Below the pieces are notes generated by a model, which was not told the origin of the DNA, did no database searches, and was given only the letters and a program-made list of their open reading frames with translations. Made by a program: the position numbers and the translations under genes. A DNA stretch of 32,000 nucleotides from Methylorubrum extorquens. GTDB taxonomy: Bacteria > Pseudomonadota > Alphaproteobacteria > Rhizobiales > Beijerinckiaceae. Shown piece by piece: positions 25,624-32,000 of the stretch (position 1 is the stretch's first letter; every line of letters starts with the position of its first letter). Location of the stretch: assembly GCA_900234795.1 (NCBI GenBank), contig LT962688.1:2460001-2492000 (forward strand), read 5' to 3'.

Positions 25624-26142
25624 TCACTGGACGATCACGTCCTTGAACAGCACCGCCTCGGCCTTGGCCGGGTGCAGCGCGATGTTGACCCGCCGCAGCA
25701 ATTCCTCGCGCAGGCGGTAGAGACCGGCGGAACCGGCCAGATCGCTCGCCCGGATCTCGCGCAGGTAGGTCTGGAAGGCGTCCTCGACCCGCGGCATCAG
25801 CGGCTTGACCGTCGCCTCGACCTTGGCGTCCTTCAGCTCCAGCGCGACGCGCAGCTTGAGCACGTTGGACTTGGTCGCCCCCGGATCGGGACTGAGGTTC
25901 ACCAGCATGTCGCGCATGTCGAGGAACACGGCCTGCGCCTTCGGGTCGAGCTTCTCGGCCCCGTGCTCGCCGTGGGCGTCGGCATGCGCCGCGCGGCTCT
26001 TCATGAAGAAGAACCCGCCCCCGCCGCCCCCGAGCAGCAGCACCGCGGCGGCGATGATGATGAGCTTCTTCTTGGACTTCGGCGCTTCCGCCGCGCCCTC
26101 CTCGCCTTCGGCCGCGGGCGCCTTCTTCGGCTTCTTGGCCAT
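25624..26142 (-). CDS. fliL: Flagellar basal body-associated protein FliL
   Basis: 172 aa with a Lys-rich N-terminus and one TM segment (LIIIAAAVLLLGGGGGGFFF). The FliL core is F.DM.DMLVNL........LKLRVALEL.D......V...MPRV.DAFQ.YLRE.R..DL.G..G...LREELL.R.N. Confidence 0.85.
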   Translation of the reverse strand: MAKKPKKAPAAEGEEGAAEAPKSKKKLIIIAAAVLLLGGGGGGFFFMKSRAAHADAHGEHGAEKLDPKAQAVFLDMRDMLVNLSPDPGATKSNVLKLRVALELKDAKVEATVKPLMPRVEDAFQTYLREIRASDLAGSAGLYRLREELLRRVNIALHPAKAEAVLFKDVIVQ

Positions 26143-26197
26143 GTGCTGCTCGTCGGCAAACCGGATCGGGGCGATGGGCGGGGCTCGCGCGTGACGC

Positions 26198-26212
26198 GCA
26201 ATCCCCTTGCCT
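26198..26212 (-). promoter_or_regulatory. Candidate sigma54 promoter for fliL-fliM
   Basis: The minus strand reads AGGCAA-gggga-TTGC (GG-N10-GC spacing correct), 56 nt upstream of the fliL ATG. The match is weaker than at the dctA and flgF sites. Confidence 0.4.
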
Positions 26213-26249
26213 TCCGTTCTCGGCCGACGTGGTTAACCCTCGGTTAAGG

Positions 26250-26264
26250 CGGCAGAACTTGCCG
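26250..26264. promoter_or_regulatory. Dyad CGGCA-N5-TGCCG, a candidate enhancer for a sigma54 activator (FlbD-type), centred between the divergent flagellar promoters
   Basis: Perfect 5-bp inverted repeat cggca-gaact-tgccg. The motif acttgccg recurs at 26271-26278. Confidence 0.3.
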
Positions 26265-26363
26265 GGTCGGACTTGCCGCCGTCCCCCGGCGGGCCGGTGT
26301 CGGCGTAAGGCTTCGTTTCAGTCAAAGTACTGAATATTAAGGTAAAAACGAAGTTTCCGGGAT

Positions 26364-26378
26364 TGGCACAGCCCCTGC
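26364..26378 (+). promoter_or_regulatory. Sigma54 (-24/-12) promoter of the flgFGAH operon
   Basis: TGGCAC-agccc-CTGC, 38 nt upstream of the flgF ATG. An AT-rich nested palindrome (26311-26353) lies immediately upstream. Confidence 0.6.
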
Positions 26379-26416
26379 GGTGGAGGGCATGAACCCGTCG
26401 CCATTCGAGGCACACC

Positions 26417-27157
26417 ATGCAGAACGCGCTCTTCGTCGGAGTCTCCGCCCAGACCGCCCTGGCTCGCGAACTCGACGTCATCGCCAACAACATGGCCAAC
26501 GTCTCGACCACCGGCTTCAAGGCGCGCTCGGCTCGCTTCCAGGAATATCTGATGCCGGTGGCCTCCGCCGACAGCTTCCAGCGGAGCGACCGCCGCCTCT
26601 CCTACGTCATCGACCAGGGCACCCCGCTCGACCTCACGCAGGGCCCGGTGGAGCCTGACAGCAACCCGATGCACGTGGCCCTGCGCGGCGACGCCTTCCT
26701 CGCCGTCCAGACGCCGCAGGGCCTGCGCTACACCCGCAACGGCGCCTTCGAACTCGATGCCACGGGCAACCTCGTCACCTCGGACGGCCACGCGGTGCAG
26801 GGCGACGGCGGCCCGATCACCATCGGCCAGCAGGAGACGGGGCTCGCCATCGCCCCCGACGGCACGATCTCGACCAATCTCGGTATCCGCGGCCGGCTGC
26901 GCCTTGTCACCTTCGCCGACGTGCAGGCGCTGAAGTCGGAGGGCGCCAACCTGTTCTCGTCCGAGGCGCCTGCCCGGCCCGCCGGCCCCGGTGCCCATCT
27001 GGAGCCCGGCGCGCTGGAGCGCTCCAACGTGAAGCCGGTGGTCGAAATGACCCGGCTGATGGACGTGAACCGCACCTACTCGATGGTCTCGAGCGTGATC
27101 TCGCGCCTCGACGACCTGCGCGGCACGGCGATCCGCCGTCTCGCCGACGTCGCCTGA
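26417..27157 (+). CDS. flgF: Flagellar basal-body rod protein FlgF
   Basis: MQNALFVGVSAQTALARELDVIANNMANVSTTGFK is the rod-protein N-terminal motif. The C-terminal LE.SNV.PV.EMT.L....R.Y is also present. 246 aa, directly upstream of flgG. Confidence 0.9.
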   Translation: MQNALFVGVSAQTALARELDVIANNMANVSTTGFKARSARFQEYLMPVASADSFQRSDRRLSYVIDQGTPLDLTQGPVEPDSNPMHVALRGDAFLAVQTPQGLRYTRNGAFELDATGNLVTSDGHAVQGDGGPITIGQQETGLAIAPDGTISTNLGIRGRLRLVTFADVQALKSEGANLFSSEAPARPAGPGAHLEPGALERSNVKPVVEMTRLMDVNRTYSMVSSVISRLDDLRGTAIRRLADVA

Positions 27158-27183
27158 CCCCCCGGCTCTAAGGACCGACGCCG

Positions 27184-27975
27184 ATGCGCGCCCTCTACGC
27201 CGCCGCCACGGGCATGGCGGCCCAGGAACTCAACGTTCAGGTCATCTCGAACAACATCGCGAACCTGCGCACCACCGGCTACAAACGCCAGCAGGTGCAT
27301 TTCCAGGATCTGCTCTACCAGAACCTGCGCCGCTCCGGCTCCTCGACCTCGGACCAGAACACGATGCTGCCCGCCGGCCTCGCGCTGGGCTCGGGCGTGA
27401 AGACCACCTCGACCGCCCGCGCGATGAGCCAGGGGCCGCTGGCGCAGACCGAGAAGGACTACGACGTCGCGATCCGCGGCGAGGGCCTGTTTCGCGTCCG
27501 CCTGCCGGACGGGCGCACCGCCTACAGCCGCGACGGCTCGTTCGACCTCGACGCGCAGGGGCAGATGGTCACCCGCGACGGCTACCTGCTCGATCCCGGC
27601 GTGACGGTGCCGAACACCGCGACCTCGGTGACGATCTCGGCCACCGGCGCGGTGCAGGCGACCATGCCGGGCCAGACCGCACCGCAGGCGCTCGGCCAGT
27701 TCCAGCTCGCCCGCTTCGTCAACAAGGTCGGCCTCGAATCGATCGGCGACAACCTGTTCGTCGAGACCGCCGCCTCGGGCCCCGCCATCACCGGCCTGCC
27801 GGGCTCGGAAGGCTTCGGCAATCTGCAGCAGCGCTACCTCGAAGAGGCCAACGTCAACGCGGTCACCGAGATCTCGTCGCTGATCGCGGCGCAGCGCGCC
27901 TACGAGATGAACTCCAAGGTCGTCACCGCCGCCGACCAGATGCTCTCCACCACCTCGCAGATGTTCCGCGGTTGA
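27184..27975 (+). CDS. flgG: Flagellar basal-body distal rod protein FlgG
   Basis: N-terminus is MRALYAAATGMAAQELNVQVISNNIANLRTTGYKRQ. The C-terminus is LEEANVNAVTEISSLIAAQRAYEMNSKVV.AADQML. 263 aa, with AAGGA upstream. Confidence 0.95.
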   Translation: MRALYAAATGMAAQELNVQVISNNIANLRTTGYKRQQVHFQDLLYQNLRRSGSSTSDQNTMLPAGLALGSGVKTTSTARAMSQGPLAQTEKDYDVAIRGEGLFRVRLPDGRTAYSRDGSFDLDAQGQMVTRDGYLLDPGVTVPNTATSVTISATGAVQATMPGQTAPQALGQFQLARFVNKVGLESIGDNLFVETAASGPAITGLPGSEGFGNLQQRYLEEANVNAVTEISSLIAAQRAYEMNSKVVTAADQMLSTTSQMFRG

Positions 27976-27989
27976 GGATTCGACCCGTG

Positions 27990-29037
27990 ATGCACGCCCT
28001 CCGGCCGATCCGCCGTCCCGTCCCGCTCGCCGTCACCCCGCTCTCGCGCGGCATGATCGGCCGGACCGTCCTCGCGCTGGCCGCCTTCCTCACGGTGACG
28101 TTGTTCACCCTGCCGCTGATGGCCGCCGGCACGACGCTGCGCCTGCGGGGCGACGTCACCGCCCGCGGCGACACGCTCAGCTTCGGCGACCTCGTGGAAG
28201 GCGCCCCTGCCGATCTCGCCGCCCGCGCGCTGTTCCGCGCCCCGGCCCTCGGCGCGGTCGGCACGATCCAGGCTCGCCGCATCATCGAGGCGGCGGCCGC
28301 CCTCGGCCTGACCGGGATCGAGACCGGCGGGCGGCTCCAGGTGACGGTGCAGCGCGCCGCCCGCCGGGTCGGGGCGACGGAGATCGAGGCGGCGCTGAAG
28401 CGCGCGCTGGAGACCGGCTACGGCCTCGATCCGAAATCCCTCTCGGTGCGTCTCGACGGCGATGCGCCGATGCTGCTCGCCCCGCTCGACCTCGACGGGC
28501 AGGCGGCGGCGGTCGATCTCACCTACGATCCGCGCACCCGCCGGGTCGCCGGCCTCGTGGTGCTCGGCGAGCGTCAAGCCTCGCTGCGGGTGGCCGGCGT
28601 GGCGGTCGAGACCCGCGAGGTAGCGGTGCTGACCCGCAGCCTCAACCGTGGCGAGGCGGTCGCCAGCGCCGACCTCACTGTCGAGCGCCGCCCGCGCGAC
28701 AGCGTGCCCAACGACGTGCAGGGCGCGCTGACCCTGGTCGTCGGACAGGTGGCGCAGCGTCCGCTCAGCGCCGGCGCCGTCCTGCGCTCGGGCGACGTGG
28801 CGCCGCCCGATCTCGTCGCCCGCGGCGACAGCGTCGCCATCGTGTTCGAGACCCCCCGGCGTGTCGCTGTCGCTGCGCGGCATCGCCAACGAGAGCGGCC
28901 GCCTCGGCGCCAGCGTCTCGGTGACGAACGCCGCCTCGAAGAAGGTGCTGCAAGCCGTGGTGATCGCCCCGGGGCGGGTCTCGGTCGGCCCGGCTCCGCA
29001 GCCTCAGCCGATCCTTCAGGCCAGCGCCGCCCCGTGA
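27990..29037 (+). pseudogene. flgA: Flagellar P-ring assembly chaperone FlgA, interrupted by one +1 frameshift as sequenced
   Basis: Signal-like segment is MIGRTVLALAAFLTVTLFTLPLMAAG. The SAF/FlgA C-terminal region is LNRGEAV...DL......D.V.....G.....VVGQVA.RPL.AGAVLR..DV..P.LV.RGD.V.IVFETP. After one C is removed from run 28852-28857 it continues GVSLSLRGIANESGRLGASVSVTNAASKKVLQAVVIAPGRVSV, ending at TGA 29035-29037. Start is ambiguous: TTG 27972, ATG 27990 or ATG 28053. Confidence 0.85.
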
Positions 29038-29093
29038 GCCGCGCCGCGTCCCTTCCGTCTTTCTCCCCTTCCCGCTAGCGCCGGACCCATCCG

Positions 29094-29847
29094 ATGACCG
29101 CTCGCCGTCCCCGCCTCTCCCGCCTTGCCGTGATCCTGGCGCTTGCGCCGCTCGGCGCCTGCAACACCGTGGACCGCCTCTCCCAGGTTGGCGCCACGCC
29201 GACGCTCTCGGCGATCGAGGATCCAACCGCGCAGCCGGGCTACCGGCCGGTGCGCATGGCGATGCCCGATACGAGCCCCGTCTCCTACGCGCCGAACTCA
29301 CTCTGGCGCACGGGTTCGCGGGCCTTCTTCAAGGATCAGCGCGCTGCGCGGATCGGCGACCTGCTCACCATCAAGGTCAACGTGACCGACCGGGCCAACC
29401 TCAACAACGAGACCAAGCGTTCGCGCACCAACGCGGAAGGCTTCGGCCTGCCCAACGCCTTCGGCCTGGAGAACAGCGCGGGCGTGGCCGCGGCCGGCAT
29501 CGCCCCCCGACAAGCTCATCAACGGCACCTCGACCTCGTCGAGCGACGGGGCCGGCTCGGTGCAGCGGGCCGAGACGGTGACCACCAACGTCGCCGCCGT
29601 CGTCACGCAGGTGCTGCCCAACGGCAACCTCGTGGTCGAAGGCAAGCAGGAGATCCGCATCAATTTCGAGGTGCGCGAGCTGATCGTGGCCGGCGTGGTG
29701 CGGCCCGAGGACATTGAGTCCGACAACACCATCGATTCGAGCAAGATCGCGCAGGCCCGCATCGCCTATGGCGGCCGCGGCCAGATCACCGACGTGCAGC
29801 AGCCTCGCTACGGCCAGCAGCTCGTGGACATCCTGCTGCCGTTCTAA
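29094..29847 (+). pseudogene. flgH: Flagellar L-ring lipoprotein FlgH, interrupted by one +1 frameshift as sequenced
   Basis: The lipobox is LAVILALAPLGAC. The first part reads ..SLWRTGSRAFFKDQRAARIGDLLTIKVNVTD.A.L.N....R...... It then continues in the +1 frame as DKLINGTSTSSSDGAGSVQRAETVTTNVAAVVTQVLPNGNLVVEGKQEIRINFEVRELIVAGVVRPEDI..DNTI.S.KIA.ARI.YGG.G after one C is removed from run 29503-29508. Confidence 0.9.
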
Positions 29848-29968
29848 CGGCTCCCGCGAAACGCCCGCTTCACCGCCGTGCCCGAAGGGCAAACGAGCGG
29901 TGACGGGGCGTTCGGTGACGTACTTTCAAGCCGGACGGCGCAGGCGCTCTCACCCGGCAAAAAAGCAA

Positions 29969-30008
29969 AAGCCTCGTCCTGGGTGTCGGATCCAGGATGA
30001 GGCTTTTT
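29969..30008. terminator. Bidirectional Rho-independent terminator between flgH (plus strand) and a small minus-strand gene
   Basis: A 14-bp stem aagcctcgtcctgg / ccaggatgaggctt with one G-T pair. It is followed by ttttt on the plus strand. On the minus strand it reads gcttttgctttttt after the stem. Confidence 0.75.
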
Positions 30009-30075
30009 CCTGTTGTTCTGCTTCGTCGTCTTCCGAAAGCCGGCAGACCCCTATCGGGGCGCCGCTCCGGAGGCG

Positions 30076-30252
30076 TCAGTGCTCGGTGCCGGGCCGGTTC
30101 GGGCGAGGCGCTTCGCCGTGGGCCTGGGTGAAGGCCGAGCGGTGCGGGTCGTTCTTCGACTGCGCCACCCGGGCCCGCTGCCAGATCGCGAAGGCCGCGA
30201 CGAGGACAATGGTGACGATGGCGAGCAGCGGAATGAGCACGTCGTTCGACAT
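30076..30252 (-). CDS. Small single-pass membrane protein (58 aa), uncharacterised
   Basis: GGAGGA lies 7 nt upstream of ATG 30252; a second in-frame ATG is at 30258. The sequence is MSNDVLIPLLAIVTIVLVAAFAIWQRARVAQSKNDPHRSAFTQAHGEAPRPNRPGTEH, a hydrophobic helix plus a basic tail. It ends just before the bidirectional terminator. The 184-aa track ORF is an unlikely extension. Confidence 0.5.
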   Translation of the reverse strand: MSNDVLIPLLAIVTIVLVAAFAIWQRARVAQSKNDPHRSAFTQAHGEAPRPNRPGTEH

Positions 30253-30589
30253 CGCCATTTCCTCCGATGATTGTGTTCGGGGGCAAGCGGCGCGCGGATG
30301 AAAAGGTTCCGGAAGATCGTACTTGGCTATTCCGCTGCGGTCCGGCCAGTTTTCGCAAGTCTTTGATCGGATTCGCAACGGTGCGACTTCACGGCTTCGC
30401 GAGCGGAAAGCGTTCGTGAGCCGGCCGTAGCGCTTCGGGAAGGCGCGCTCATGGCCCGGCGCAGTCGAGGCAGCGTGGTTCGCTCGCGGCTTTTCTCGCG
30501 CGCCATCGATGCACGGCCATGCGAGGCCGGTGGCGCCCGACGTCACGGGGCCGCCGGGGCGCCGTAGCCCCGGATCGTGTCGCCGATGC

Positions 30590-31069
30590 TTACAGGCTGC
30601 GCGAGAACACCAGCGGCCCGCCCTGCGCACCCCGGCCGTAGGGCGAGGGCGAGACGGAGGGGCGGCCGTAGACGGTGGGTGTGCGCGCCTTGGCGACTTC
30701 CTCGGCCAGCGCCTTGATCAGCCCTTCGGAGACAGCGCGGGCGGTGGCAAGCACCTGCTGATTGGTTTCCACCACGGCGGCGAAGCGGTGCTGGGCCGCC
30801 TTCAGCGCCTCCAGACCCTCCGGCGCGAAGCGGGCGAGTGCGATCGCGTTGGCCTTGGCCGCCTCCAGGCCGTTCATGTAGGCGGAGGCGAGTTCGGATT
30901 TCGACGCGGAGTCCGTCAGCGCCTGGGCGATCCGCCCGGCCCGCACGCCGTCGCTCTCGCGGGTGAGCACCGCTTCCAGCTCGATCATGGTGGCGAGCAG
31001 CCCGCGCACGAAGGTCTGGGCCGAGGGGCGATCGGTGAGGCGCAGGGCGAGGGTTCGATCAACGGCCAT
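30590..31069 (-). CDS. Flagellar-cluster protein downstream of flgI and the flgJ/cheL-like gene (FlbY/FlgN-like by position; family not verifiable here)
   Basis: 159-aa helical ORF: MAVDRTLALRLTDRPSAQTFVRGLLATMIELEAVLTRE.... It overlaps the upstream gene stop by 11 nt. Its position matches the Caulobacter-type flgI-cheL-flbY order. Confidence 0.45.
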   Translation of the reverse strand: MAVDRTLALRLTDRPSAQTFVRGLLATMIELEAVLTRESDGVRAGRIAQALTDSASKSELASAYMNGLEAAKANAIALARFAPEGLEALKAAQHRFAAVVETNQQVLATARAVSEGLIKALAEEVAKARTPTVYGRPSVSPSPYGRGAQGGPLVFSRSL

Positions 31070-31418
31070 TGCCCGCCTCCTGCATCCGCATCATCTCGGA
31101 ATAGACCTGATTGCTGATGCCGACGCCACCGGTCTTCACGATGGCGTTGGCGTATTCCTTGGTCATCATCGAGCGCCAGACGCCGCCGCCGGTGCCGTTC
31201 TCGCCCATCGGCCCTTCCGTGCCCTCGCTCTGCGTCAGCTTCTCCAAGCTGTCCTCGAGGAACATCTTCTCGAAGTCGTCGGCGGTCTTACGCGCCTTGA
31301 CCGAGGCGGTGGACTTGGCCGTGTCCATCGTGTTCGCGTCGGTTTTCGCGAGCGTGTTGAGCAGGTTCTTGCCGACGCCGACGGCGGCGGAGGCCGCGAA
31401 GGTTGCGAGGGGCAGCAT
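31059..31418 (-). CDS. Rod-binding protein (FlgJ N-terminal domain only / CheL-like); no muramidase domain
   Basis: ATG 31418 has GGGAGA upstream. DDFEKMFLEDSLEKL and MMTKEYANAIVKTGGVGISNQVYSEMMR match the FlgJ rod-binding domain pattern (..FEA.FL..ML...; ...GGGIGLA..L..Q). 119 aa, immediately downstream of flgI. Confidence 0.78.
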   Translation of the reverse strand: MLPLATFAASAAVGVGKNLLNTLAKTDANTMDTAKSTASVKARKTADDFEKMFLEDSLEKLTQSEGTEGPMGENGTGGGVWRSMMTKEYANAIVKTGGVGISNQVYSEMMRMQEAGNGR

Positions 31419-31444
31419 GGTGCGGTCTCCCAAGGGGAAAGAAA

Positions 31445-32000
31445 TTACATCAGCTCGATGTCGGCCTGGAGCGCGCCGGCCGTCTTGATCGCCTGAAGGA
31501 TCGAGATCAGGTCGCGCGGGCCGACCCCGAGCGCGTTGAGGCCGTCGACGAGTTCGCGCAGGCTCACGCCTTCCTTCACCAGGGCGAGCTTGTTGCCGTC
31601 ACCGGTATCCACCTTCACGCCGGTGCGCGGCACCACCGCAGTCTGGCCGTTCGACAGCGGCGCGGGCTGGCTCACCATCGGCTGCTCGGTGATCGTCACC
31701 GTGAGGTTGCCCTGCGCGATCGCGACCGTGGAGACCCGCACGTCGCGGCCCATCACGATGATGCCGGAGCGCTCGTCCACCACGACTCGCGCTGTCTGGT
31801 CGGGCTCGACCTTGAGCTGCTCGACCTCGGTGATGAGACGGATCATGTTGCCGCGGTACTTGGCCGGGATCTGAAGGGTGATCGTCGCCGGGTCGGTCGG
31901 CTCGGCGGTGTCGGCACCCATGAAGTCGTTGATCGCTGAGGCGATCCGCTTGGCGGTGGTGAAGTCGGGGTTGCGCAGCGACAGCCGCAGGGAGCGCGCC
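31445..32000 (-). CDS. flgI: Flagellar P-ring protein FlgI, C-terminal part; the 5' end lies right of the window
   Basis: The frame is open to the window edge. It reads ...SLRNPDFTTAKRIASAINDF.G...A...D..TI.LQIP......M..LI.EVE.L.VEPD..ARVV.DERSG.IVMG.DVR.S.VA.AQGNLTV.I.E...VSQP.P......T.VVP.T...V.......L.......SL.ELV.GLNALGV.PRDLI.ILQAIK.AGALQA.IE.M with stop TAA (31445-31447). Confidence 0.92.
   Translation of the reverse strand, partial: ARSLRLSLRNPDFTTAKRIASAINDFMGADTAEPTDPATITLQIPAKYRGNMIRLITEVEQLKVEPDQTARVVVDERSGIIVMGRDVRVSTVAIAQGNLTVTITEQPMVSQPAPLSNGQTAVVPRTGVKVDTGDGNKLALVKEGVSLRELVDGLNALGVGPRDLISILQAIKTAGALQADIELM

Noticed and set aside
20180-25646. Long plus-strand ORFs 20180..21562 (460 aa), 21183..22316 (377 aa) and 23907..25646 (579 aa).
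   Set aside because: They are antisense to the transglycosylase, IalB, the fliM-operon orf and fliM respectively. All have shadow-ORF composition.
1-32000. Search for CRISPR arrays, IS or transposase genes, integrases, phage genes, rRNA, and recognisable defence or biosynthetic clusters.
   Set aside because: None found by eye. There are no spaced direct-repeat arrays and no DDE, tyrosine-recombinase or serine-recombinase-like translations in any listed ORF. A computational repeat search is still advisable.

Overview
Very GC-rich DNA (about 70% G+C by eye, not computed). Gene content and order look alphaproteobacterial, probably Rhizobiales and Methylobacterium-like; that taxon call is inference only. 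This is ordinary chromosome: I saw no IS element, integrase, phage gene, CRISPR array, rRNA or tRNA.

Left to right, the window contains:
- the tail of a Cys-rich protein;
- a translationally coupled queA / AadA-like nucleotidyltransferase / tgt operon on the minus strand;
- an FAD monooxygenase, two small ORFs and a CDF metal exporter;
- gatB;
- two c-di-GMP genes, GAF-PAS-GGDEF-EAL and GGDEF;
- the classic divergent dctBD / dctA dicarboxylate module with a clear sigma54 promoter;
- a GFA-family gene;
- an EF-G-like gene lacking the GTPase half, with atypical composition;
- a flavodoxin-fold quinone reductase, a lytic transglycosylase and an IalB-like protein on the minus strand;
- glutathione peroxidase;
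- a flagellar cluster: fliL-fliM-orf-motE on the minus strand, flgF-flgG-flgA-flgH on the plus strand, and flgI-(flgJ/cheL-like)-(flbY-like) on the minus strand.

The most unusual items are:
1. The stand-alone EF-G domain III-V protein at 18698..19582.
2. The nucleotidyltransferase wedged into queA-tgt with ATGA overlaps at both ends.
3. Five certain +1 frameshifts and one probable one, all in coding-strand C-runs. They interrupt tgt (twice), the CDF gene, flgA, flgH and probably a small ORF. Sequencing homopolymer error is the leading explanation, but it needs checking.

Most other long ORFs in the six-frame track are antisense or out-of-frame shadow ORFs, as expected in high-GC DNA.
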